Shown: positions 32,007-42,281, counted from the first letter of the whole stretch. The stretch is 63,864 nucleotides of DNA, filler included, from Caldilineae bacterium (GCA_037446815.1; 5 parts of 5 records of this genome joined end to end with filler, not necessarily neighbours in it); one strand, 5' to 3'. The notes: generated by a model from the letters alone, not told the origin. Translations and numbers: made by a program.

Positions 32007-32759
32007 TCACAGTCCTGCGCCCGGCCTCGCCAAGGTAACAAGCCGCACACCAAGCCGATGTATCTGGCGGAAGCCCGCGTCCTGCGAGACGCCCTTCACC
32101 ACGGCGGCCACATCGTCCACCACCGAGCCGGATAGGTAATGCACGCCATGCCGGAAGAGCACCGGCGACAGGGGCGTCGTAGGCCCCAGAACCAGAACCT
32201 GTGCATCCGGCCGCCGGAGGCGCATTAGGCTCTCAAAGGTGCCATTCAGCAGCGTCGTCCCTGTGAGCGCCACGACATCGGCCTGGGGAATCACCTGCGC
32301 GGCAGCCGACGCCGGCACGTCGCCAGCGCGGGGCTGGAGTTCCAGCACCCATAGTTCCCCGACGCTCTCGCGCAGGCGCTCCACGAACGGGAAGTGGCCC
32401 ACAAGCGCCACTTTGCGGTTGCGGCCCAAGTCCGAAATGATCGCTTCGGCATTGAGTTCAACCGCCCCCTCCAGATACAGCGGCAACAGGGCGTTGATGG
32501 CAGCCATCCCGATGCTGCTCCGCGGCGGGCAGCCAGCGAGGGCCATGGCTGCCAGTTCCCGGGCAGGCATGTCCAGCAGATGACCTGCCTGCGGCACAGG
32601 CGGCTCAGCGTCGTTGTGCGCGCCGTACAGCGTGGACGCGAGGCCGCAATGCACAACGCCCTCCACCTCGGCGACGACAGCCGTCCAAAAGACCCCTACA
32701 CGCACGTCCAGGATGCGCCCTTCTTGTACTTCGCGCAGCAAGTCTTGGATGATTTGCAC
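32007..32759 (-). CDS. DUF364 / Rossmann-like putative metal-chelating protein
   Basis: GLASTL, SIGMAAINALL, VGHFPF, GTTLLNGT, LGPTTP; the longer ORF start lies inside the MITE. Confidence 0.8.
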   Translation of the reverse strand: MQIIQDLLREVQEGRILDVRVGVFWTAVVAEVEGVVHCGLASTLYGAHNDAEPPVPQAGHLLDMPARELAAMALAGCPPRSSIGMAAINALLPLYLEGAVELNAEAIISDLGRNRKVALVGHFPFVERLRESVGELWVLELQPRAGDVPASAAAQVIPQADVVALTGTTLLNGTFESLMRLRRPDAQVLVLGPTTPLSPVLFRHGVHYLSGSVVDDVAAVVKGVSQDAGFRQIHRLGVRLVTLARPGAGL

Positions 32760-32834
32760 GGGGCACGCCCCCTTCGGCAAGTGTGGCCCCATCACAGAGC
32801 GCATCCTCGCCGCCGTCAAATGGGAGCCTTGTCG

Positions 32835-32984
32835 AATTCGGTTCCAAAGTCTGTTGGTAGCTGTCATTGCGAGGGCGCGGAGCGCCCGAAGCAATCTCCG
32901 GGGCGTGAGGTTGCTTCGCTTCGCTCGCAACGACACACGAGGAGAGTGCGCCTACGGTTCACCAACACAAAATGGAACCGACTC
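32835..32984. mobile_element. 150-bp MITE copy
   Basis: TIRs present; flanks ccttgtcg / ccctgtcg. Confidence 0.88.
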
Positions 32985-33078
32985 CCCTGTCGTCCGCGCC
33001 ATGCCTCCGGAGAGCAAAGCCACTACCCCACTCGTGGGCGAGTCCAAAGGCCCGCCCGCGCGGCTCCAGGACAGAGGA

Positions 33079-34005
33079 TCAGGCCCCCTTCAGATGTTCA
33101 TCCAGCCATGCGAAGACTTTGTCCACGTTCTCCGGCGCTTCAAAGCGGGGATCGGCGTGCGTGGCTCCCTCCAGCAACTCCAGCCGAACCTTGTCCTGCC
33201 CGATGGCCTTCGCCAAGGCGGCGGCCAGCGTGATGGAAGATTGCACCGGCACGGTGGCGTCGGCGGTGCCGTGCTGGAGGAAAAAGGGCGGCGCGGCGGG
33301 CGTGATGTACGTCGCCGGGTTGGCCGCCCGCACCCGCTCGGGCACCTTCGTGATCTGCTCACCCAGCAACAGCGACTCGGGCGAGTTCGGCCCGCTGTGC
33401 TCCATCCCAGGCGTGGGCCCAAGCCCCGATTCCGCCAACTGCTCGTCCATCGCGAGGAAGTCGGTCGGCGGGAACCACGCCACGACGGCCTGAACATGGC
33501 TCGGCTCCTTCGGATTGCCCAGGTCCAGGTCCTCCAACTCCCGAACGCCCGCGCTGGTCCCCAACATGGCCGCCAGGTATCCCCCCGCCGACCCGCCCCA
33601 CGCCGCGATGCGATCGGGGTCAAAGCCATACCGAGCGGCATTGGCCCGAATCCAGCGCACCGCCGCCTTGACATCGTGAACCAGCGCGGGGAACTTCGCC
33701 TCCCAACTCAGCCGGTAATTCACCGCGACGACCGCGTACCCGCGCTTCAACCCCTCCAGCATGGGCTGCACCTGCATGTCGCCCTTGTCGCAGCCCATGA
33801 ATGCCCCGCCGTGGATGGACACAATCACCGGGAACTGGCCGTCTCCCTCATCCGGAAGGTAGATGTCCAATTTCTGCGCGGGCGAAAGCGATGCATAGGG
33901 AATGTCCAGGTACTTGCGCCGGATGTGATCCGTCTTTGCGGGCCCATGGGGATCCGGCATCGCAGCATGGGGACCGGGCCCGACGGGAATGCTCCTCTGA
34001 ATCAT
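33079..34005 (-). CDS. Alpha/beta hydrolase (HSL-like esterase)
   Basis: IHGG, GGSAGG nucleophile, HGTAD, GATH; RBS AAGGAG. Confidence 0.88.
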   Translation of the reverse strand: MIQRSIPVGPGPHAAMPDPHGPAKTDHIRRKYLDIPYASLSPAQKLDIYLPDEGDGQFPVIVSIHGGAFMGCDKGDMQVQPMLEGLKRGYAVVAVNYRLSWEAKFPALVHDVKAAVRWIRANAARYGFDPDRIAAWGGSAGGYLAAMLGTSAGVRELEDLDLGNPKEPSHVQAVVAWFPPTDFLAMDEQLAESGLGPTPGMEHSGPNSPESLLLGEQITKVPERVRAANPATYITPAAPPFFLQHGTADATVPVQSSITLAAALAKAIGQDKVRLELLEGATHADPRFEAPENVDKVFAWLDEHLKGA

Positions 34006-34062
34006 CTTTGCGCTCCTTCTATGGCTGTATGATTCGCAGTGATTCAACCTTCACCGTGCGGG

Positions 34063-35073
34063 CTAGTGCTGCGCCGAAACGCGCGCTACGCTCTCCCTGG
34101 CCTTCCGCCGCTTCTGGTACATGTCAAACCCCACGGCAACCAGGAGAACCGTCCCCTTCACCACATTCTGATAGAAATCGGGCAATCCGGCCAACTGCAT
34201 CGCGTTGTTCAGAACGCCGATGATGAGGACGCCCGTAACCAGGCCGAAGATAGTCCCCTCGCCGCCCATGAAACTCACGCCGCCCAGCAGAGCCGCCGTA
34301 AGGCAGTCAAACTCAACGCCCTGCCCCGTGAACACCTGGCCCGAGAACACCCTGGACAGCAGCAGAACCGAGGTGATGGCGGACGCGAACCCGCAAATCG
34401 CGAACGTAACGATGCGCATCCGGCTGATGTCAACCCCCGCGAGGCGGGCCGCCTCCGGGTTGCCTCCCATCGCAAACACGTACCGGCCGAAGTACGTGCG
34501 GGTGAGCACGAAGTTGCCGATGAGGGCCACCGCGATCATGATGAGCACGGGGATGGGGATAGGCCCCACGTACCCCTGCCCGAACACCTTGAAGGAATTG
34601 GGCAGGCCGATGATGTTCTTGCCATCCGCCACGATGTATCCCAGGCCCTTGTAAATCGTCGCCGTGCCCAGCGTGATGATGAGGGGATGAATCTGGAGTT
34701 TCACGCTCAGAACCCCGTTCACCGTACCCAGAAACGTCCCCATGAACAGGCAAAACAGGATGGCCAGCACCGGGTTCACATGATAGCGGGCCATCAGAAT
34801 GGCCAACACGATATTGGTGAACACGATCTGCGACCCGATGGACAAGTCAATCGCGCCGGAGATCATCACGAACATGATCCCCACGGCGCTAATGGTGGAA
34901 AAGGAGACCTGCCGCACCATCAAGGTCAGGTTCTTCACCGTGAGAAAATTCGGCGAAACGAAGGTGAAGATCGTCCCCAGAGTGAGGAGAATCAGCAAGG
35001 GAGCGTATTTCCTTGCGAACTCGCCCGCGTTCCGGTACACGCTTCCCGCACCAGACCGTATCTTGCTCTCCAT
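34063..35073 (-). CDS. Sugar ABC transporter permease (RbsC-like)
   Basis: IDLSIGS, TYFGRYVFAMGGNPEAARLAG. Confidence 0.9.
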   Translation of the reverse strand: MESKIRSGAGSVYRNAGEFARKYAPLLILLTLGTIFTFVSPNFLTVKNLTLMVRQVSFSTISAVGIMFVMISGAIDLSIGSQIVFTNIVLAILMARYHVNPVLAILFCLFMGTFLGTVNGVLSVKLQIHPLIITLGTATIYKGLGYIVADGKNIIGLPNSFKVFGQGYVGPIPIPVLIMIAVALIGNFVLTRTYFGRYVFAMGGNPEAARLAGVDISRMRIVTFAICGFASAITSVLLLSRVFSGQVFTGQGVEFDCLTAALLGGVSFMGGEGTIFGLVTGVLIIGVLNNAMQLAGLPDFYQNVVKGTVLLVAVGFDMYQKRRKARESVARVSAQH

Positions 35074-35088
35074 GTAGCGCGCCTCCAC

Positions 35089-36576
35089 TCAGTGCGACCC
35101 TGACGCAAGGTCCAGGATATAGTTCTGGCTGAACTGGTCTCGCTGCACTTCGCCGGCGAACTCGCCCTCGCACAGCACCACGATCCTATCCGACATCCCC
35201 AACAACTCCTGCATGTCGGAAGAGATCATGATAATCGCGATGCCATTGTCGGCCAGTTCACGCATCAGTTTGTAAATCTCCTGTTTGGTGCCGACATCAA
35301 TTCCCTTGGTAGGCTCATCAAAAATGAGAATGTCGGACTCCGCAGCGAGAGATTTCGCCAGGACGACTTTCTGCTGATTGCCGCCGCTCAAGTTCTTGAC
35401 CCGCTGGTCAAGGCTCGGCGTCCGTATGTCCAGACGCTCTTTGAACTTCTGGGCAATCGCATGCTCCGCCTTCGTATCCACCAGCCCCCGCCGCGATATT
35501 CTCCGAATGATGGGGAAACAGATATTCCACTTGACGCCCATTTCCAGGAAAAGCCCGTGGCCCTTCCTGTCCTCCGGCAGCAAGCCGATGCCGTGACGGA
35601 TCGCATCGGCGGGAGACTTGATGCGCACGCGCTGGCCGTCCACCAGAATCTCGCCGCGCTCAGCGGGTGCTGCTCCGAAGATCACCATGGCCAACTCGGT
35701 GCGGCCCGCGCCCACCAAGCCGGAGAGGCCGAGGATTTCGCCCTTCCGCACCGAAAAGGAGATATCCCTCACGCCGTTGCCCGTCAGGTTCCGGACCTCC
35801 AGGGCAACTTGCGATGGCTCGCGTGTCCTGGCGGGGTAGGTCTCGGTGAGTTCCCTTCCCACCATCATGCTGATGAGTTCCTTGCGGTTCGTCTGCGACG
35901 TGTTCTTGGTCCCGACATACCGACCGTCTCGCATCACACTCACTCTGTCCGAGATTCGGAAGACCTCTTCCAGGCGGTGCGAGATGTAGATGACCGTAAC
36001 CCCCCTCTGTTTCAATTGCTCAATGATGTCAAACATATGCTCCACTTCGGCAACCGATAGGGGAGCGGTAGGCTCGTCCATGATGAGAATGCGAACATCC
36101 TTGGACACGGCCTTGGCGATTTCAACCAGGCGCTGCTGCGCGGGCGACAAGTCGCGCACAAGCGCATCGGGGTCTATCGTGATGTTCAGTTGTCTGAAGA
36201 TGTCGCGCACCCTGGCCCGAACGGCCTTGAAATCCACCAGGTACCGCCCGCCAACCTTGTCTCCCAGAAAGATATTCTCGGCCACCGACAGCGGCGGGAC
36301 GAGGTTGAATTCCTGGTGAATGACCTCTATGCCAAGACTGCGCGCGAGGTGCGGCGTCATTCTGGAATGCTCCTGCCCGTTGACGCAGACCGTGCCCCCA
36401 TCGGGGTCTATCGCGCCGGAAACCACCTTGACCAGCGTGGATTTGCCGGCGCCGTTCTCGCCGAGAAGCGCGTGCACCTCGCCCTTCCTGAAGTCCAGCG
36501 AGACGCGATCAAGCGCCAATACGCCCGGATAACGCTTCACAAGATTTCTGAGCGATAATACCACATCGGCTTCCAT
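35089..36576 (-). CDS. Sugar ABC transporter ATP-binding protein (RbsA-like, two NBDs)
   Basis: GENGAGKST, LSGGNQQK, FDEPTKG. Confidence 0.92.
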   Translation of the reverse strand: MEADVVLSLRNLVKRYPGVLALDRVSLDFRKGEVHALLGENGAGKSTLVKVVSGAIDPDGGTVCVNGQEHSRMTPHLARSLGIEVIHQEFNLVPPLSVAENIFLGDKVGGRYLVDFKAVRARVRDIFRQLNITIDPDALVRDLSPAQQRLVEIAKAVSKDVRILIMDEPTAPLSVAEVEHMFDIIEQLKQRGVTVIYISHRLEEVFRISDRVSVMRDGRYVGTKNTSQTNRKELISMMVGRELTETYPARTREPSQVALEVRNLTGNGVRDISFSVRKGEILGLSGLVGAGRTELAMVIFGAAPAERGEILVDGQRVRIKSPADAIRHGIGLLPEDRKGHGLFLEMGVKWNICFPIIRRISRRGLVDTKAEHAIAQKFKERLDIRTPSLDQRVKNLSGGNQQKVVLAKSLAAESDILIFDEPTKGIDVGTKQEIYKLMRELADNGIAIIMISSDMQELLGMSDRIVVLCEGEFAGEVQRDQFSQNYILDLASGSH

Positions 36577-36602
36577 TCGCCACCCACCGTAGCAAAGAGG
36601 GT

Positions 36603-36629
36603 TGGTGGGGGGCCCTTCGCCCCCCACCA
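36603..36629. terminator. Intercistronic hairpin after the SBP gene
   Basis: tggtggggggc-ccttc-gccccccacca, 11-bp stem. Confidence 0.55.
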
Positions 36630-36668
36630 TTGAGCAGATGACCCGGCGATAAGTCGCCGCTTACAACC

Positions 36669-37694
36669 CTAGTTCTCGCACTTGATGGTTACGAGCGGAT
36701 CCAGCGTCTCAGCCGGGAACGGCTGCCCGGTAATCATCTTCTTCACCAGTTGGTACGTTCGCTGGGCCAGATCTTCCGGGCCGCCGCCGATGGCCACCGC
36801 GCCCCGATAGGGATCCTTGCAGCCCTGGATGAGAGGGATGTTCTCGGGGTTCACGTCGCCAGAGAAGACCGCGTACTTATCCAGGTTGTTCGGCGCATAG
36901 GCGCGAATGGCCTGAGAGACACCCATGGCGCCCGAGTCGCCGATGACGAGGAACACCTTCACGTTGGGGTACGCCGTGAAGATATTCTCCGCCGCGCTCA
37001 CGCCCGCCGTAATCGTGGCATTGGGGACATCCACGAACGTTACCAGTTTCGCCTTCGGGCAACTCTCAATCGTGCGGAAGCCATTGGTGCGCTTCTTCAT
37101 TTCCGGCGCGGTCTCTGTGCTCATGATCGCGACTTCAACGCTCTTGTCTGGGGCATCGGGGTAGGTCTTGTTGATGAACTGGCACGCCATCTCGGCCGCC
37201 AACTTCCCGATTTCAAACTGGTCCGTGTGCATGTAGGCGTCATAAGGCCCCTGTTCGTCCACGGGCACGCCCAGGACCTTGATGCCTGCCTTCTTCGCCT
37301 GCTCCACAGCACTGATGACGCCCACCGGGTCCACCGACATCACGATGAGCCCATCCACGCCCATGGAGATGAAGTTCTCAATCTGGTTGTACTGTTTGGC
37401 CGCGTCGCCATCGGCGCTGGCTACGAGCACCTCCACTCCGTCCGCCGCGAAGAGTTCCTTCACGCGCGTCGTCAGCGCAGACAGAAACGCGTTCGCCGCA
37501 TCCGGAATGCAGTAGCCCACGCGCAATTGCTTCTGAGGCGGCGTAGTGGGCGCAGCGGTTGGCGCCGCCGTAGGGGCAGCGGTGGGCGCGGCCGGTTTGG
37601 CGGTAGGCGTGGGCGTGGCCTTGGCCCCGCACGCCGACAGAAGCGTCGCCAGGACGAGCAGCAGCGCAGCGACCGTGTAGAACCTCTTGTTCAT
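36669..37694 (-). CDS. Sugar ABC substrate-binding lipoprotein (RbsB-like)
   Basis: LSAC lipobox, PT/PA linker, NAF...Q..QIENFI..GVD. Confidence 0.88.
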   Translation of the reverse strand: MNKRFYTVAALLLVLATLLSACGAKATPTPTAKPAAPTAAPTAAPTAAPTTPPQKQLRVGYCIPDAANAFLSALTTRVKELFAADGVEVLVASADGDAAKQYNQIENFISMGVDGLIVMSVDPVGVISAVEQAKKAGIKVLGVPVDEQGPYDAYMHTDQFEIGKLAAEMACQFINKTYPDAPDKSVEVAIMSTETAPEMKKRTNGFRTIESCPKAKLVTFVDVPNATITAGVSAAENIFTAYPNVKVFLVIGDSGAMGVSQAIRAYAPNNLDKYAVFSGDVNPENIPLIQGCKDPYRGAVAIGGGPEDLAQRTYQLVKKMITGQPFPAETLDPLVTIKCEN

Positions 37695-37855
37695 CTTTAT
37701 CCTCCTTCGGATGCGAAACTTGAACTTCTGCGGGTCTTCTGTTGTGGGAAATGGTCAACGGAATCTAGAGCGGACTTACGATCACCTCCTTTCGCCCTAG
37801 GCTGGGCTGTCCCAAGGTGTTCACACGCATGCGCCTGGGATAGCATCGGTTGTCT

Positions 37856-37915
37856 TGTAGCATGAAATATAAATTCACCATGCAATATTATATCACAGCC
37901 CCAGCGAATTGTCAA
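37856..37915 (-). promoter_or_regulatory. Promoter of the ABC operon with candidate operator repeats
   Basis: TTGACA(37915)-17-TATAAT(37892); catgaaata / catgcaata repeats 18 bp apart over the start region. Confidence 0.65.
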
Positions 37916-38102
37916 GACCCCGCCGCTGGCCAAGACATCACCGGCACAAGCAACGGCCTCAGGGTCCTGGAGTTCCTCGCCGCGTTGGCACTCCTCGCCA
38001 GCGCCGCGCTCAGCCCATCCTTTCTTGGCCAGCGCGCAAACGTGTGCTAGAATGCGGAGCGCCCGCGTGTACACGTCGGGACTATGGGGTGGTGAGCGGC
38101 AG

Positions 38103-38885
38103 ATGAAAGACCCTTCCATGTACAACGTACGGGCCATTGACCGGGCCTTGCGGATTCTCTCCTGTTTCAGCGACAACTCGCCCGAGATGTCCATCGCGGA
38201 GATCGCGTCAGCCGTCGGGCTTCCGAAGCCGACCGTCCTCCGCATCCTGGCCACCCTCACGGACGGCGGCTACGTGGAACGCATCGCCGACAGCGACAAG
38301 TATCGCCTCGGCCCTCACCTCATCACCCTCGGCATGAGGGTTATCGGACGCCTGGAGGTCCGACGCCAGGCCATTCGGTACATGGTGGCGCTAGAGGAGC
38401 GTTTTGAGGAAACCTGCGACTTGAGCGTGTTCGTGCAAGAGTCACTGCTGTGCATTGACGTGGTGCAAAGCCGCCGCACTCTGCGCATCGCGGCCGGCCC
38501 TGGGTACCGGTCCCCACTACACTGCACCGCCAGCGGCAAGGCTTTCCTCGCCAACCTGTCGGCAGACCGGCTGGCTCAATTCCTCGCCCGCCCGCTCCCT
38601 CGCTACACACGCACGACCATCACATCGCCCGAGCGCCTGATGGCAGAACTGGAGCAAGTGCGGGCACAGGGATACGCCTGTGATGACGAGGAGTTCAACG
38701 AGGGAATCCGCGCCGTCGCCGCCCCCATCCGAGACGCTTCGGGCGACGTGATCGCCGTACTGGGCGTGCCGGGCCCCGTTGAGCGCATGACACCCCAGCG
38801 CATGACCGAGATCGCCCAGGCGCTCGTGGAGGCCGCCAACGCCATCGCGGCCCGCATGGGCGTGGCATCCCGCATGGTAAAATGA
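38103..38885 (+). CDS. IclR-family transcriptional regulator
   Basis: RAIDRALRIL HTH, LHCTASGKAFLA, GYACDDEE, AVAAPI. Confidence 0.92.
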   Translation: MKDPSMYNVRAIDRALRILSCFSDNSPEMSIAEIASAVGLPKPTVLRILATLTDGGYVERIADSDKYRLGPHLITLGMRVIGRLEVRRQAIRYMVALEERFEETCDLSVFVQESLLCIDVVQSRRTLRIAAGPGYRSPLHCTASGKAFLANLSADRLAQFLARPLPRYTRTTITSPERLMAELEQVRAQGYACDDEEFNEGIRAVAAPIRDASGDVIAVLGVPGPVERMTPQRMTEIAQALVEAANAIAARMGVASRMVK

Positions 38886-38922
38886 GGGTCCTGCCCTATC
38901 CGCGCAGACGGGCCCAAAAACA

Positions 38923-38957
38923 ACGTGCGGCGCACCTCACAAGATGCGCCGCACGTC
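38923..38957. repeat. ACGTGCG(A/G)CGCA palindrome between convergent genes
   Basis: acgtgcggcgca...tgcgccgcacgt; relatives at 15028, 53606, 59365. Confidence 0.65.
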
Positions 38958-38975
38958 GGTCTCTCGGCACCCGAA

Positions 38976-40868
38976 TCAGGCCACTACCGGAAACTTCTCC
39001 GGCGGGATGACGTCGCCGTGCTCCTGTCGGGCCTTCTCAAGCCTCGCGATTTCCGCCTCGGCCACCTGGAACAGAACCGGCGGGGTGCCGGTTACTTTCG
39101 TGCGGTAAATCTCCATCACGCGCCGCGTCTTCGCCAGGAACTGCGGAACCCGCAGCGAGAACTGCTTCACGTAGTCCGCGTGCGTGTACTCCTTGCCATG
39201 CACCTCTTTGAACAACCGCCGCAAATCCTCGTACTTCGGGATGTATCCCACCGGCGTCTGGATGGCGCCCACATCCCCGTGCACCCGCAACTCCATCCAC
39301 TTCAGCCAGATGGCCTTGTCGGTCTTATCGTTCAGCCACTTGCCGGTCTCCAAGTCGCGCAGGAAGTAGTTCACGCCGAAGATGGCAGGCGGATGGGTCA
39401 GCCCCTTGCCGAAATCCAGGTTCATCCCCACGTACCGCCCGATGGGCACCGACAGGAAGTCCAGGTTGGACATGGGATTGAACTCGCGCACGCCTTCCTT
39501 GCCCAGGGTCGCCGCCGTCGTCTCGGATTCCAGGAAAGCGCCCATGGTAACAATGCCGTGCTCCCAGTCAAAGGCTTGGCGCACCGGCATCCACGTGTCC
39601 GAATCGCGCCCGCCGTAGATGAACCCGGCCGGTTCCACGCCCTCCGGGTCATGCAGGCGCGGGCTCACGTTTTCCAGCAGGCTGAGGTCCAGGGTGAAGC
39701 GCGCATTCTTGTGCGAGGGCGGGATTTCTTTGCCCTTGGCGTCCTTTTTCCCCTTCCACCACTCGCCCGAATGGTTGTACCCCTTCTCGGGCACGGGGCC
39801 ATCCTTGCCGTTCCAGTACACCGTGCCATCCTCGCACAGCAGGACGTTGGAGAAGATGATCTCGCCCGGCCTGTGCAGCGCCTTCCACACAATGATGTCA
39901 TCCACCGAGTTGATGCCCTCAATGATGCCGAACATCCCCTTTTCCACGTTCACGGCACGCACCCGCCCGTTCTTCTTGAACAGATACGCGATGTCGTCGC
40001 CCAGGATGGTCTCGCCGGGAATCATGGCTGTAGACGTCTTGCCGCACATGGAGGGGAACGCGCCGGTGAAGTAGGTTACGCGCCCGGCCGGCCCATGCAC
40101 GCCCATGAGGAGCATGTGCTCGGTGAGCCAGCCTTCCTTCTCGGCGCGGAAGATGGCCAGGCGCATGGCCAGTTTCTTCAGGCCGATGGTGTTGCCGCCG
40201 TATTGCGTGTTGGTGGAGTACACAGTGGCGTTCTCGTTGTCAATGTACATCCGGCGCAGATGCAGGTTCTTGGAATTCTTCCGCTCGTCCAGTTCCCCCT
40301 CGGAGTGCACGAACCGGAAGAAGCGAGCCTTCTCCCCCAGCCGCCGCCAGTCCTCGTAGCCGGAGCGGTACAGCAGATGCTCGCTGTGGGCCACGTAGGG
40401 CGAATCGGTAATCTGCACCGCCGGTATGGAGAACTCGGAGTTGGTCGGCCCTAGGGTGAAGAACAGGACGTACATGGTCCGGCCCTTCATGATGTCCTTG
40501 AGAATGCCGTGAATCTCCGCCAGCCCCTCCTCCTTGTCCATCGCGCCGATGTCCGGGCCTAGGTCCACCCCCGGCGGCAGGAGGAATTTGGTGTGCTCCT
40601 TATCGCGCCCCTGGTCATCGTAATGCTCGTAGTGAAGCGTATGGCCGGGCACTTTCAGCGGCCGTTCCTCCCCGCTGCGAATCGCCTCCTGGCGGATGAA
40701 CTCGCGGTCCTCCGCCGAGTCGGTGCACACGAAAACCTTGCCCGGGTTGCACAGTTCCACATACTGCGCGACGAACGCGTGGAGGTCCGGGTTGTGAATG
40801 GCTGCGAGCCTCTCGTAGGCCTCGGGGCTCAGCCGCGGCTTGACGCGATCCAAAGATTTGCTGTCCAT
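38976..40868 (-). CDS. pckG: GTP-dependent phosphoenolpyruvate carboxykinase
   Basis: YGGNTIGLKK, EHM, FPSMCGKTSTAM, GDDI, HKNARFT, SETTAA. Confidence 0.93.
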   Translation of the reverse strand: MDSKSLDRVKPRLSPEAYERLAAIHNPDLHAFVAQYVELCNPGKVFVCTDSAEDREFIRQEAIRSGEERPLKVPGHTLHYEHYDDQGRDKEHTKFLLPPGVDLGPDIGAMDKEEGLAEIHGILKDIMKGRTMYVLFFTLGPTNSEFSIPAVQITDSPYVAHSEHLLYRSGYEDWRRLGEKARFFRFVHSEGELDERKNSKNLHLRRMYIDNENATVYSTNTQYGGNTIGLKKLAMRLAIFRAEKEGWLTEHMLLMGVHGPAGRVTYFTGAFPSMCGKTSTAMIPGETILGDDIAYLFKKNGRVRAVNVEKGMFGIIEGINSVDDIIVWKALHRPGEIIFSNVLLCEDGTVYWNGKDGPVPEKGYNHSGEWWKGKKDAKGKEIPPSHKNARFTLDLSLLENVSPRLHDPEGVEPAGFIYGGRDSDTWMPVRQAFDWEHGIVTMGAFLESETTAATLGKEGVREFNPMSNLDFLSVPIGRYVGMNLDFGKGLTHPPAIFGVNYFLRDLETGKWLNDKTDKAIWLKWMELRVHGDVGAIQTPVGYIPKYEDLRRLFKEVHGKEYTHADYVKQFSLRVPQFLAKTRRVMEIYRTKVTGTPPVLFQVAEAEIARLEKARQEHGDVIPPEKFPVVA

Positions 40869-40928
40869 GATCTCTTTCTCCCTATGTGTGATGTCCAGTC
40901 TGCCATGAAGCGGGATTGAAGCGAGGCT

Positions 40929-42281
40929 TCATTCCATCTTCGCTTCGCCTGGATTGTACTCCTTTTCACGAATTCCGTCAACGTGGGCGGGTGCCTGTGA
41001 GTCGCGCGGCACATGCAGACGCCGCAGGAACCCATCGGGTAGTTGCAGGCCCAGATGGTGCAGCCGCGCCGTGCGCCGATGCGGCAGCGGCTGAACCACC
41101 ACCGCGGCCAGCACCCCGATTCCCACAGCCAGCACAGCCGCCGCGGCGAAAGGCATGCGGAGCCCCCACGCGCTGGCCAGAGACGCGCCCAGCATCGGCC
41201 CCAGCGTGTTGCCCGCGGAGTTGGCCGACGCGCTCAGGCCGTACACCGCCCCCTGCTGCTCGCGACGCACCGTGCGCGCGAGGATTGCATTCGCCGCCGG
41301 GATGAGGCCGCCGACGAACAGCCCCATCCCCAGGCTCGCCACAAGAAAGACGCCGAACCCGGGCGCAGCCGCCTGAACCGCATACGAGAGGGCCGCGCCT
41401 CCCGCGCACACCAGCAGAATGCGCTGGTACCCCACGCGGTCCGCCAGCCGCCCCATGAGCAGCGCCGAGACCGCGCCTGCCGTCGCCGCCCCGGCCAGCG
41501 CCAGGCCCGTCGCCGCGTTCACGCCCGCAGGCTCCCGCCGCAGGAAGTCCACGAACAGCGGCAGCATCACGCGGGCCAGCGAATCGGCCAGGTTGGCGCT
41601 GGCCATGACCAGAATCGCCCCGAGCACGGGCAACGAATGCGCCACCAGGCGCGCCCCTTCCACCACGCCGTTGGAGTGAGCGGCGCGCACAGGGCGGCGG
41701 AACCGGTCGCGCACCATCAGCAGGACGACCGCCGCGCCGCCTGCGCTGAGCAGGCCGCTCACGGCAAACGCCCACCGGTACCCCACCAGGTCGGCCACGG
41801 CCCCGCCCACCAGCGGCCCCACGGCCCCGCCCGCGCTGGACGCCATCTGAATCACGCCCAGCCCAAACGCCACGCTCTCCAGCGGGACAAAGGCCGACGT
41901 GAGGGCAAAGAACGCCGGCGTGATGCCCGCCAGCGCGCCTTGAAAAATCCGGGCGACGAACAACTGTTGCACGCTCCCCACCAGCGCCATTGCCACAAAC
42001 GTTACTGCAATCCCCAGCGCCGCGCGGACGGTGTTCCACTTGTGCCCCATCCGGTCGGACAGCGCGCCCCAAAACGGAAACAACAAGAACGAGGCCGCCG
42101 ACCCGCCCGCAGCCAGCAGCCCCGACCAAAGTTCCACCTGATGCAAGTCCATTACGCCGAGTTCGCGCACGTAGAGGGGCAGGAACGGGATAGAGGCGTT
42201 CCATCCCACGATGCACAGAAACTGAGCCACCGCCGCGGCGGCCAGGTTGGATTTCCACTTCGTCGCTGTGTCCGTTTGCAT
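40929..42281 (-). CDS. MFS transporter (MdtG-like)
   Basis: PFLPLYV, WGALSDRMG, GRLADRVG. Confidence 0.85.
   Translation of the reverse strand: MQTDTATKWKSNLAAAAVAQFLCIVGWNASIPFLPLYVRELGVMDLHQVELWSGLLAAGGSAASFLLFPFWGALSDRMGHKWNTVRAALGIAVTFVAMALVGSVQQLFVARIFQGALAGITPAFFALTSAFVPLESVAFGLGVIQMASSAGGAVGPLVGGAVADLVGYRWAFAVSGLLSAGGAAVVLLMVRDRFRRPVRAAHSNGVVEGARLVAHSLPVLGAILVMASANLADSLARVMLPLFVDFLRREPAGVNAATGLALAGAATAGAVSALLMGRLADRVGYQRILLVCAGGAALSYAVQAAAPGFGVFLVASLGMGLFVGGLIPAANAILARTVRREQQGAVYGLSASANSAGNTLGPMLGASLASAWGLRMPFAAAAVLAVGIGVLAAVVVQPLPHRRTARLHHLGLQLPDGFLRRLHVPRDSQAPAHVDGIREKEYNPGEAKME

Noticed and set aside
32760..32936. N-terminal extensions of ORFs (also 11046-11198, 20064-20153, 42516-42692, 53356-53559, 56884-57111)
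   Set aside because: They run through promoters or repeat/MITE DNA; downstream starts have better RBS and match domain boundaries.
37780..37792. 16S rRNA 3' end fragment (GATCACCTCCTT)
   Set aside because: No flanking rRNA sequence; it is the complement of an SD-like motif.
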